Below, piece after piece: positions 39,900 through 49,004 of a stretch of DNA of 64,000 nt (its first letter is position 1; each line of letters starts with the position of its first letter). A program made the position numbers and the translations under genes. The DNA is taken from positions 7,772 through 71,771 of the forward strand of contig JAFGBF010000008.1 in assembly GCA_016933255.1 (NCBI GenBank), read 5' to 3'. The stretch comes from Candidatus Krumholzibacteriota bacterium (GTDB lineage: Bacteria > Krumholzibacteriota > Krumholzibacteriia > Krumholzibacteriales > Krumholzibacteriaceae). The notes beneath the pieces are model-generated. The model was given only the letters and a program-made list of their open reading frames with translations, was not told the DNA's origin and made no database searches.

Positions 39900-41219
39900 T
39901 CACAGATCATCGCGGCGGCGAAGAATATATCTTTTCCACGCCTCTACTGCTCCATCGCGGTAACCGATGAATTCTTCCCGTTTAGGGATGAACAGGTCGC
40001 GTAGCGGCAGCTTCATTTCTCTTTTGAATATTATTACCAGAATGACCGAAAGGACTGTATATGAGAGGCTCGTCGATATACCGGCGCCGATTATGCCGTA
40101 GCGGGGGATCATATAGATATTGGCAGCAAGGTTTACAAATATCCCGAACAGAGATGCCGCGACACTCAGCCCCAGCCTGTTTTTTGAGGCAAAATCGACG
40201 GAAAGGAATTTATAGACGGGGAATATGACGATGCCCCAGAGGATCGAGAACAGGGCAGGTGAGACAGCATCATACTCTTTACCGTACATCAGGACGACCA
40301 GATACTTTGCGGTAAGCAATATCGCCACTCCAAGGACGATCATAATAAAGAAATTGTTCCTGCACACCTTTGCTGTAAATCTCGATGATCCTTTATCCAT
40401 AGCCATAAGCGTAGGGAAGAGCAGCGCAGCGATAGCGTTGGGGATATACCATAGTCTTTCTGAGATATTGACGGCGATCGAGTAGAAACCGACATCGCTG
40501 GCAGTGAGATAGTATTTAATAAGGAAGAGGTCGAGACGGTAATTTATAAAATTAAAGATAAGGAGCAGATATGCCCTTCCTCCCATACTGAACATCGGCC
40601 CGGCCATTGAGAAGTTTATCCGCCAGCCTTTTCTCATATCACCGGTAAAAAAGACAAAACTCAGGATACTTGCTATTATCGCAGAGAGGGTGAATGACAA
40701 GATCACTTCTTTCAGACCCCCGCCCCGAATCAAAAGCAGGATTACGACGAGGATGAGATAGCTCATGTTCATAAAGAGTTTTGCGATATTACTTTCTCTC
40801 ACCCTCAGCAGGGCGAAAAGGAAGCGAAGGAAATAGTTATGGAAGAGAATAAAGGGAGCGGCTATCAACCCCGTTATCATCAACGGTTTTGGTATTTCGG
40901 TCCAGATATTCGGGATATTCGGATATATGATGTATAACAGGATCGCAAAAGAGGAGCCGACAAAAAGCGATACAAGGGTGATAAAAGCGAGGATGTCAGA
41001 ATTCGCGTAGGTTCTCTTTCCCGTGAAATATGTAATGGCTGTCCCCAGCCCAAAATGCCCGAATGATGCGATCATAGAAGCGGCCATGACTACAAGGCCG
41101 TAATATCCGCGGATTTCCGGGCCCAGATGTCTTGCAACTATGATACTCGATATTACAGCCAGAAAAGTCGAGAAGACATTGGCCGCAAAGATCTCACTTG
41201 TCTTGCGGATAAAACTGAT
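39900..41219 (-). CDS. Wzx-like polysaccharide flippase. The conserved N-terminus extends upstream of the first canonical start (41087). ATC 41219 is proposed as the start, with AGGAGG 7 nt upstream
   Basis: ORF track 39900..41087 begins at 'MAASMIASFG'. The same frame stays open back to 41288, with no in-frame ATG/GTG/TTG in that stretch. It encodes '...ISFIRKTSEIFAANVFSTFLAVISSIIVARHLGPEIRGYYGLVV', which aligns to the N-terminus of the other flippase in this window (MPVSFIKDASYTF...ISVRILGAEGKGLFTL). Confidence 0.55.
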   Translation of the reverse strand: MSFIRKTSEIFAANVFSTFLAVISSIIVARHLGPEIRGYYGLVVMAASMIASFGHFGLGTAITYFTGKRTYANSDILAFITLVSLFVGSSFAILLYIIYPNIPNIWTEIPKPLMITGLIAAPFILFHNYFLRFLFALLRVRESNIAKLFMNMSYLILVVILLLIRGGGLKEVILSFTLSAIIASILSFVFFTGDMRKGWRINFSMAGPMFSMGGRAYLLLIFNFINYRLDLFLIKYYLTASDVGFYSIAVNISERLWYIPNAIAALLFPTLMAMDKGSSRFTAKVCRNNFFIMIVLGVAILLTAKYLVVLMYGKEYDAVSPALFSILWGIVIFPVYKFLSVDFASKNRLGLSVAASLFGIFVNLAANIYMIPRYGIIGAGISTSLSYTVLSVILVIIFKREMKLPLRDLFIPKREEFIGYRDGAVEAWKRYILRRRDDL

Positions 41220-41245
41220 TTCGAGACCTCCTGAGATATGAGAGC

Positions 41246-43825
41246 CTATTCTATCACAATAATTCCCATCTCGACACCCTGATAGATATCATCATCGGTG
41301 AAAAGATCGGAGAGGGTGTAATTAGGATACTGCGTTCTGTGCGACAGTCTGACAGCTACCTCGTATTTACCTGCTTTAATATCTTCCGGTATCGGGATCG
41401 CCACCTTTTCAGCGACTACCCTGCCGATAGGCCATTTGTCAGGAGGAAACAGTCCATTGAAGGGAATGAAACCGGACCTGAACCTGTACCGCTTATCATC
41501 TCTGGCTTCGAGGATCTTTCTGTAGATCTTTCCATATGACTTTCTGAAGAGGCGGCCTTTGTCGAACTGAGTGTTGAATCTTACATATGCATAGTATCCT
41601 TTTGGATCACAACCTGAAACAGCGATCCATTCTATCGTCAATTCAAGGATATCACCACGCTTGACGACCTGCCGGCAGATCACATCTTTTATATATATCC
41701 CTTCTTCACCCGATTCTTTTAGAAGAAGCGATTGATCGGCTGTTATCCTTGGCCACTCGGACTCTTCAGTGGCTGACCGCTCTTTTTCCCTGAAATCGCT
41801 GCCTAGTCTGTAGATAGAAAGTGATCTGTGCGAGTAAAGTTTCTCGAATCCGGACGCGCCTGACAGGAGCGAATCGGTACGCGTGAAAGACTCGATGTCC
41901 GGTTTCCAGAAAACTGGCTGGACCGAATCGGGAATGCGGCCGTTAATAACGATATATTCAGAACGATATTTTTCCATCAGGCCTGCGATATCTCCGGGCG
42001 TGCCTGCAAACTGGAATATTTCCCTGCTGTCGAGTATTCTTTCCAGCGCTGTCGAGTCGTTGGGGATCGAATGCTGATCGAGGGTGCAGATGACAAACTG
42101 ATCGGCAAAGGCGGGGATCGAATAGCTTGTTACCGGATCTGAAACGATAATGCTGCCCGGCGGGATCAGATTATTGAGGGCATCATACATATCATTCAGA
42201 TCATATGCGGTCTCCTCGCCGCGGTCTCTGTAAGTGAAGCTTGCCGGATAACTGTAAAATGTAGATCCGAGGACAGCTGTGATGAAGATCCACCCGGTGA
42301 TCAGGCCTGTTCTGGAGATATTGCCGCTTATCCCCCTGGTTCTGTTCCATAACGATACTAAAAGGACCGAAGCGATTATCGACGACGGTACCGCGAATTC
42401 CATGCGAAGAAGCAGGTATGAGATCTTCTTCATCAAAAAGGGAACCCAGAGAGGATTGAATACAAGTATAAGTGTTGCAATTACTCCGCAAAGGAGCAGT
42501 CTGAGCGACAGGTCTTCAGCAGATTTTTTCCAAAGGACGAATATCGCTGCAATCGAGATAATGAAGAGCGAACCGGCCGACTGATAAAAGACGACAGGAT
42601 TAAGTACCGCCAGCCGTTCTGTCAGGTGAAGAAGACCCTGTGTATGCGTGTGAAGGATATTTGCCGGGGCATAATCGCGGATATACCTCAGAAGCAGGTA
42701 GGGCAGGTTTATCCCTATAACTGCTGCTGCAGCGGCGGGGATATTTACCATCCATAGCCGAGACCTGTCTTTTATGGATCTCATGAAGGATGCGGATACT
42801 GCGAATATAAAGATCAGGAATCCTGATATCAGAAGATGCCCGATATGTGTTCCCGTACCGCAGAAAGAGGCTATCGCCAGCAATCCAAGATAGAATATGC
42901 TTCCAGTCTTAAGGTATAGAAGAAGTGCCGAGATAAAGATGACTGTGAATATCTTTCCGAACGGAAAACTGTAAGCGACCGTGATCAGCTGATGGCCGGT
43001 CAGCCCGCCGTGGTAAAAAAACAGAAAGATAAGAGATGACAGTAACCCTATAGCCTGGGATCGAAAGAGAAGAAGGCAGGAGCAATAAAGGGAAAGCAGG
43101 ATGAATATCGCACCGGTGATCGATATCAACGGCCATATCGGCAGCGTGTCGATCCTCCCTGTGAGAAGGTTGATCGTCCCCCACATCGCGTGATAAAGCC
43201 CTTTCCTGATATCGCGGGTCATCTCCCCGCCATTGCTGTAGAGAAACTCGGAGGGAAAGGCCTCATGTGACCTGGAGACCGTCCTGATATAGGCGATCCC
43301 ATCCTGAGAATCGCCGGTATAGAGGATCGGGTCTTCGTAATAGATCAGAAGAGCAGTTATCGATATGAATATTATCACCATCAGGATGGCGACCGAGACG
43401 GGGGTATATACATTAGGAGGTGTTTTATATTCAGAAGAACCTGTTTCCCCGCCGCCGATCGACTGACGAATCACCAGGACAAGAAACCCGGTCAGCGGAA
43501 TAAAGATCCCGATCCACTTTATATCCCACCTGAATATCGCAAAAATGATCAGATAGAGATAAAAGACAGCTGTTCCTGTCAGGAAAGAAAAGAGGATCCT
43601 GAAAAAGACCGATATTTTAGCGAAGAAGGCCCTGAATATGATATCTCCTGGAATCATCACCATTGTAAGGAAAAAGAAGATGAAAAGGATTCTGTGGAAA
43701 GGGAATGAAGGAGCGGTCCGGAGCGCGGCAAGGTGCAGGATTATGATCAGGCCGGTGATCATCGAACTGGCTGATATTCGGCCGAGGGGGGGGATTCTTT
43801 TGTCTGTACCCTGTGTTGCGTTCAT
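41246..43825 (-). CDS. Large polytopic membrane protein (~13 TM) with a ~350-aa C-terminal extracytoplasmic domain. Candidate GT-C-like glycosyltransferase or polymerase
   Basis: ORF 41246..43873. The second ATG (43825, MNATQG...) has a GGGAGA SD 6 nt upstream. No recognisable catalytic motif could be assigned by eye. Confidence 0.5.
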   Translation of the reverse strand: MNATQGTDKRIPPLGRISASSMITGLIIILHLAALRTAPSFPFHRILFIFFFLTMVMIPGDIIFRAFFAKISVFFRILFSFLTGTAVFYLYLIIFAIFRWDIKWIGIFIPLTGFLVLVIRQSIGGGETGSSEYKTPPNVYTPVSVAILMVIIFISITALLIYYEDPILYTGDSQDGIAYIRTVSRSHEAFPSEFLYSNGGEMTRDIRKGLYHAMWGTINLLTGRIDTLPIWPLISITGAIFILLSLYCSCLLLFRSQAIGLLSSLIFLFFYHGGLTGHQLITVAYSFPFGKIFTVIFISALLLYLKTGSIFYLGLLAIASFCGTGTHIGHLLISGFLIFIFAVSASFMRSIKDRSRLWMVNIPAAAAAVIGINLPYLLLRYIRDYAPANILHTHTQGLLHLTERLAVLNPVVFYQSAGSLFIISIAAIFVLWKKSAEDLSLRLLLCGVIATLILVFNPLWVPFLMKKISYLLLRMEFAVPSSIIASVLLVSLWNRTRGISGNISRTGLITGWIFITAVLGSTFYSYPASFTYRDRGEETAYDLNDMYDALNNLIPPGSIIVSDPVTSYSIPAFADQFVICTLDQHSIPNDSTALERILDSREIFQFAGTPGDIAGLMEKYRSEYIVINGRIPDSVQPVFWKPDIESFTRTDSLLSGASGFEKLYSHRSLSIYRLGSDFREKERSATEESEWPRITADQSLLLKESGEEGIYIKDVICRQVVKRGDILELTIEWIAVSGCDPKGYYAYVRFNTQFDKGRLFRKSYGKIYRKILEARDDKRYRFRSGFIPFNGLFPPDKWPIGRVVAEKVAIPIPEDIKAGKYEVAVRLSHRTQYPNYTLSDLFTDDDIYQGVEMGIIVIE

Positions 43826-44124
43826 TCTGGATCTCCCGTTGATACTCAATCTCCTGTAACATGCTGCAGGCATACCGGTTCAGCAGTCAGTTCCGGCAAG
43901 CATATAACTTGCCACAAGATCTTGCTATCATTAAATCGTACTTTGCCGGGGGTTTCTTAAAAACAGGTGATGCGGGATCCCGCGATTTTTATTGTCACTA
44001 CGGCGCATGAAGGTCGTTATTGACTCTGGAGATGATATAGTCTTAGTATATCCGGTGGTCCAGCGCCCCGACTGTCAATAGTCGAAGAATACCGTTTGAC
44101 AAAGCCAGTGAAAGGTTACGATCG

Positions 44125-45381
44125 ATGAGGATATTGATTTGCTATCCGTGGCTCAGTCTCGGCGGTGCTCCTAACACCGCCATCTCCAATGCCAAGGGAC
44201 TGAAGGAAATCGGGCATGAGGTCGTCTTTTTTACAAAGACGGGAGGGATGTATGAGGAAAAGCTGCGAAAGCTTGAGATACCTGTAGTCTCCGCTCCCCA
44301 TGATCCGTTTCTTCCCCACCTGCACCATCTCAACGGAAAAGCTTTCAGGATACTGGAAAAGGCGATCGATGAATATTCTATCGATATCATCCACTCCTAT
44401 CATCATAGTCCCTACTTCCTTGCCCAGTTTGCCGCGTTGAGAAAAAATATCCCCCTTGTATTTACCGCAGTCTGGTTTGTTGAAGGTCCGGTATTTCCCG
44501 CATATCCCGGAAGTCTGATTTTTGTAGCCAGAGAATTCCTTGACGACGTCAAAAAAAGAATAAAAGGAAACCCCGCGGAGATGGCTGTGATACCGAACAG
44601 GATCGATCTGAATGAATATCATCCCGGTATAGATTTTTCCCGGTTTCAAAAGGAGAAACAGCTTCCTGATGCCGGATGGAAGATCGCTTTTATGAGCAGG
44701 GTGGACAGGATAAAATTCGGTTCACTCCGCCATGCCGTTCAGGCTGTCGAACTGATGGCGACGAAGGGAAGGGATGTCACTCTGGCTATCGCCGGTGATG
44801 GGGGATGCTTTGAAGATTTAAAGCAGACCGTCGATGAGGTCAATATCAGGGCGGGGAGAGAAATCGTCATTCTGCTCGGGCAGATAATCGAAACCCCGCA
44901 GTTTCTTTCCTGGGCCGATATCGTTCTTGGAATAGGCCGGTGCACATGGGAAGGCATGGCCTGCGGAAAACCTGCGATAGTCGTCGGAGAGAACGGGATC
45001 GCCGGTATTGCCGAACCTGCAGAGACAGAGATGCTGCAGTACTACAATTTTGCCGGTAGAAATATCAAAGAACCGGTCGACCCGCAGGTTCTGGCAGATA
45101 CGATCGAAGAGCTGATGACCGACGAGACTCACTACAGGGAACTTTCCGAATATTCCAGAAAGTATGTTATCGATAATTACGATTACAAGGCAGGAGCTGT
45201 CCGTGTCGAAGAGATCTACCGGAAGGAACTCCTGTCCGATCCGCTCACCCGCATGCAGAAGATACGGGTCTTTTGCAACGCCCTGATCTTCGGGTACGGA
45301 TACCGTTTGTACATTGCATGGAGGATAAAGCTTCGAGGGCTGTTAGGGCGGGGAAAACCGGACGACAAAGTGGTGCGCTGA
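44125..45381 (+). CDS. GT4 family glycosyltransferase
   Basis: 'MRILICYPWLSLGGAPNTAISNAKGL' is a GT-B N-terminus. The C-terminal 'GIGRCTWEGMACGKPAIVVGENG' matches the GT4 EX7E region. Confidence 0.7.
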   Translation: MRILICYPWLSLGGAPNTAISNAKGLKEIGHEVVFFTKTGGMYEEKLRKLEIPVVSAPHDPFLPHLHHLNGKAFRILEKAIDEYSIDIIHSYHHSPYFLAQFAALRKNIPLVFTAVWFVEGPVFPAYPGSLIFVAREFLDDVKKRIKGNPAEMAVIPNRIDLNEYHPGIDFSRFQKEKQLPDAGWKIAFMSRVDRIKFGSLRHAVQAVELMATKGRDVTLAIAGDGGCFEDLKQTVDEVNIRAGREIVILLGQIIETPQFLSWADIVLGIGRCTWEGMACGKPAIVVGENGIAGIAEPAETEMLQYYNFAGRNIKEPVDPQVLADTIEELMTDETHYRELSEYSRKYVIDNYDYKAGAVRVEEIYRKELLSDPLTRMQKIRVFCNALIFGYGYRLYIAWRIKLRGLLGRGKPDDKVVR

Positions 45382-45526
45382 TATAGATCCTTTCCTGAAG
45401 CAGGCACCTGCATCTCCGGAAGGGGCAGAACAAAGTTGACAAAACATCCTTTCCCTGTGTTAAACTCCGCAAAATATTACGAATACAGTCGTTTCTTCAT
45501 CGGATCGTTTCCAGCAAGGAGGAGAG

Positions 45527-47503
45527 ATGGAGCAGAGCAAAGGGACAGGCAGGCTTCCGGAGAACGCCTACAAAGTCCTTAAACCGGGCGAGGAGTATAC
45601 TCCCTATATTCCGGCGGGCAGGGTCATCCCTGAAATAACCGTACGATCGGTAGTGACAGGACTTATTATGGCTGTCCTCTTTACCGGCGCGGCCGCATAC
45701 CTCGGGCTGAAGATAGGCCAGGTATTCGAGGCAGCTATTCCCATAGCGATCCTCGCTATCGGGATGGCCGGCTGGTTCAGCAGGCGGAGTACGATCCTGG
45801 AGAATGTGATCATCCAGTCGATCGGATCGGCATCGGGAGTCGTAGTGGCGGGGATGATATTTACATTGCCTGCGATATTCATTCTAGGCCTGGAGCTTAG
45901 ATTCTATCAGACTTTTGGGGCTGCGCTTCTCGGCGGTTTTCTAGGGATACTTTTTCTCATCCCCCTGAGGCGATATTTTGTAAAGGAACAGCACGGCTTC
46001 CTGCCTTTTCCTGAAGGCACGGCTATCACAGAAGTGCTTGTGACCGGCGAAAGCGGAGGCGATCAGGCGAAGGTCCTTGTGATAGCGGCGGTTATCGGCG
46101 GGCTCTATGATTTCTGCATCGCCACCTTCGGCCTGTGGAGCGAGGTCATATCTACGAGAGTGATAGGGCCCCTCTCGGTCGTTGCCGACAAGGCCAAGCT
46201 TGTGGTCAAGGTCAATGCCGGGGCGGCGGTCGTCGGGCTCGGGTATATCATAGGACTTAGATACGGAACGATAATCGCGGCCGGAAGTTTCCTTTCATGG
46301 CTCGTATTCATACCTGCAGTCTGGTTTTTCGGCCAGAACCTTGATGTTCCTGTCGGAAACGCCACGATGCTGATCTCCGATATGACAGCTGAAGAGATAT
46401 TCACAAACTATGTCCGCCATATCGGTATCGGCGGTATCGCCGTAGCCGGGATGATAGGAATCCTCAAATCCTCAAAGATCATCCTCTCTTCTTTCAGCGT
46501 AGGTTTCAGGGAGATGTTTTCCGGCAAGAGCAAGAGCGAGAGTGGGACTGAACGGACCGACAGGGATATCAATATGTCGATAGTGATCGGCGGGCTTATT
46601 ATAACCCTGCTGGTCGTTTTCCTTTTCTTCGGATTCCTGGTTGTAGATTCATGGAAGATAGCTACGATAGCACTGATCGTCGTGGCGGTCATCACCTTCC
46701 TCTTCACTACGGTTGCCGCGAGAGCGATAGCTATCGTCGGGATGAATCCGGTATCGGGAATGACGCTTATGACGCTTATACTTTCGAGCCTTGTACTGGT
46801 CAAGGCCGGTCTTTCCGGGCCGGCTGGGATGGTATCGGCCCTGATTATAGGCGGCGTAGTCTGTACTGCTCTTTCAACCGCCGGTGCGTTCATCAGCGAT
46901 CTGAAGGTTGGGTACTGGATCGGTTCGACCCCGAAGAAGCAGGAGATGTTCAAGTTTATCGGTATCGCAGCAGCGGCTGCCAGTGTGACCGGAGTGATCC
47001 TTCTTCTAAACAAGACTTATGGATTTTCAGGTGAGGGATCTCTGGCCGCGCCTCAGGCAAACGCGATGGCTGCAGTTATCCAGACTCTAATGTCCGATGC
47101 CGCCGCGCCCTGGGGGCTGTATATCGCCGGAGGATTCATGGCGATCATACTCGAGCTGCTCAAGATCTCCCCGCTGGCATTCGCTCTCGGCATGTACCTT
47201 CCTATACATCTGAATACGCCGATCCTTATCGGCGGGCTTGTCGCTCACTTTGTGCAGAAGAGCAGCAGGAACGAGGAAGTATCCTCTAAGAGGAAGGAAC
47301 GCGGGACGCTTATCGCCTCGGGGTTTATAGCGGGCGGAGCTTTGATGGGTATAGTGAGCGCGTTGATCGCCTGGCCCGAATGGGATCAGATCCTTAATAC
47401 CGGGTTCGGCGAGACTTATTTCGGCGAAGTATTGAGCGTCTTCATGTTCGCCGGCCTTTGCTTTTACCTCTATTTCGATTCGAAACGGGGTGCGGCAGAG
47501 TAA
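45527..47503 (+). CDS. OPT family oligopeptide transporter
   Basis: 658 aa, about 16 TM, after an AGGAGG SD. The N-terminus 'YKVLKPGEEYTPYIPAGRVIPEITVRSVVTG' is OPT-like. Confidence 0.75.
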   Translation: MEQSKGTGRLPENAYKVLKPGEEYTPYIPAGRVIPEITVRSVVTGLIMAVLFTGAAAYLGLKIGQVFEAAIPIAILAIGMAGWFSRRSTILENVIIQSIGSASGVVVAGMIFTLPAIFILGLELRFYQTFGAALLGGFLGILFLIPLRRYFVKEQHGFLPFPEGTAITEVLVTGESGGDQAKVLVIAAVIGGLYDFCIATFGLWSEVISTRVIGPLSVVADKAKLVVKVNAGAAVVGLGYIIGLRYGTIIAAGSFLSWLVFIPAVWFFGQNLDVPVGNATMLISDMTAEEIFTNYVRHIGIGGIAVAGMIGILKSSKIILSSFSVGFREMFSGKSKSESGTERTDRDINMSIVIGGLIITLLVVFLFFGFLVVDSWKIATIALIVVAVITFLFTTVAARAIAIVGMNPVSGMTLMTLILSSLVLVKAGLSGPAGMVSALIIGGVVCTALSTAGAFISDLKVGYWIGSTPKKQEMFKFIGIAAAAASVTGVILLLNKTYGFSGEGSLAAPQANAMAAVIQTLMSDAAAPWGLYIAGGFMAIILELLKISPLAFALGMYLPIHLNTPILIGGLVAHFVQKSSRNEEVSSKRKERGTLIASGFIAGGALMGIVSALIAWPEWDQILNTGFGETYFGEVLSVFMFAGLCFYLYFDSKRGAAE

Positions 47504-47514
47504 TTCTCTAATCT

Positions 47515-47560
47515 CCGGACGAAGGGGGGACGGTAGATGGGCACTCCCCCCTTCGTCGGG
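47515..47560 (+). other. Perfect 13-bp (extendable to about 16 bp) inverted repeat / stem-loop immediately after the OPT transporter stop
   Basis: GACGAAGGGGGGA-[14 nt]-TCCCCCCTTCGTC. No U-tract follows. It sits in a 300-nt intergenic region upstream of the lipoprotein gene. Confidence 0.5.
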
Positions 47561-47804
47561 ATGACTGGCCGAAGTCCCGATTCAGCGTCGAAGCCTTTTA
47601 TCTTATCGTCCTGCCGATGATCTCTTTTGGAACCGCCCCGGTAGTGATGTGTAACAGGATATGGCATCTGGGCCGGTATTCGTGTATATTGCCGGAGAAA
47701 CCGGAAAAGGAGCCCTCTGGAACTTTTGGCGCCTAATCATCTTGACGGGGCAGGGAAACTGATGTAGTTTCGTCTGACGTTCTGTTGAAGCAAAGGAATA
47801 ACGC

Positions 47805-49004
47805 TTGAGAAGGTACTTAATAATTACGGTTATTTTGGCGATGATTGCCATGGCTGCGGTCTTTTCCTGCTGCAGTTCCGATCCCGAGGGACCTGTGGCA
47901 TCTGTTTTCATAGAAGATGGATCGTACCCTTCGGATGCAGGCGAGACGGTGCGGTATGTCAATACGCTGAACAATGTTACAGCCGTCGATGTTCCGGTGG
48001 GGATAGGGAAGTCGTCCCTTTTGAGGCTCGGTGAGACAGAAGGAATACGGTTTGAATCGATCCTGATGAGATTTGATTTTGATTCGATAGGCAATTATGC
48101 GGATCTGACAGTCGATTCGGTCTATCTGGATCTTCCGGTTACCATTGTTCAGGACACTCTTTTTCACCTGAAGGTGACTTTCAACGAACTTCTTGAGGAT
48201 TTCAGTGATGAGGATACGATCACCGCTATCCCCTCTTTTGATCCTGATCCTGTTTTGGGAGCGAATGGAGAGACTGTAAGGGATATTAATATCGAAAGAG
48301 TCCGGTTCAGTATCGATGAGGCGATGGTCCAGGGATGGATCGATGGGGGGATCCCCTGGCAGTACGGCATAGCTGTAAACTGGGCGGAAGAACCTGATAG
48401 TTCGGGATTGATCGAGATGTATTCAGAAAATTATGGGTCCGATCCTCCTGTTCTGAAGGTGATCTTCACCGATGAGAGCTCCGCGGTCTTCCCGGTGGTG
48501 GAGGACTATGTCGTCACCTCCTTCAGTGGTGACGGACTCGATTGCGTAGGGGGAGTCGCTATGAGGCTGTTATTTGAATTCGGCCTTGAGGATCTTCCTG
48601 AAGACGCGATGATTCAATATTCAGCTCTTGTCCTGCATACAGACGGAGGAAAAGGGCTCGGGGCGACCGGTGGAGACATCCTTCTCGGGTTGACTTCCGA
48701 TTTTATATTTTATCTTTATACGCCGGATTCTCCTGATATTTATGATCCCGGATTCCTTGAGGGAACAGGTGTCGCAGCTAATCTGTTTCTCGCCACTATG
48801 TCGGCCGAGGTACGGATTCCTCTTGTTGGATTTACACTCGATCTTCATGCGGGAAAGAGAGAGAATACCGGGTTGGTCCTGCAGTCGAACCAGGAAAACT
48901 CCCGTTTTCAGAGGGCGAGTTTCTATGATATGGCTGCCGGGGATTCATTAAGACCCTATATAGAGGTAGTTTATACCCTTCCAGCGGATTTTTCCGGAGA
49001 GTAG
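47805..49004 (+). CDS. Acidic lipoprotein or secreted protein of unknown function
   Basis: TTG start. Signal or lipoprotein peptide 'MRRYLIITVILAMIAMAAVFSCCSS'. Rich in D/E. Its stop abuts the next gene's start (TAGATG). Confidence 0.5.
   Translation: MRRYLIITVILAMIAMAAVFSCCSSDPEGPVASVFIEDGSYPSDAGETVRYVNTLNNVTAVDVPVGIGKSSLLRLGETEGIRFESILMRFDFDSIGNYADLTVDSVYLDLPVTIVQDTLFHLKVTFNELLEDFSDEDTITAIPSFDPDPVLGANGETVRDINIERVRFSIDEAMVQGWIDGGIPWQYGIAVNWAEEPDSSGLIEMYSENYGSDPPVLKVIFTDESSAVFPVVEDYVVTSFSGDGLDCVGGVAMRLLFEFGLEDLPEDAMIQYSALVLHTDGGKGLGATGGDILLGLTSDFIFYLYTPDSPDIYDPGFLEGTGVAANLFLATMSAEVRIPLVGFTLDLHAGKRENTGLVLQSNQENSRFQRASFYDMAAGDSLRPYIEVVYTLPADFSGE

Noticed and set aside
47470-47667. 65-aa minus-strand ORF spanning the inverted repeat
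   Set aside because: It has no SD, overlaps the perfect palindrome, and has an Arg/Pro-rich composition. It is most likely non-coding.
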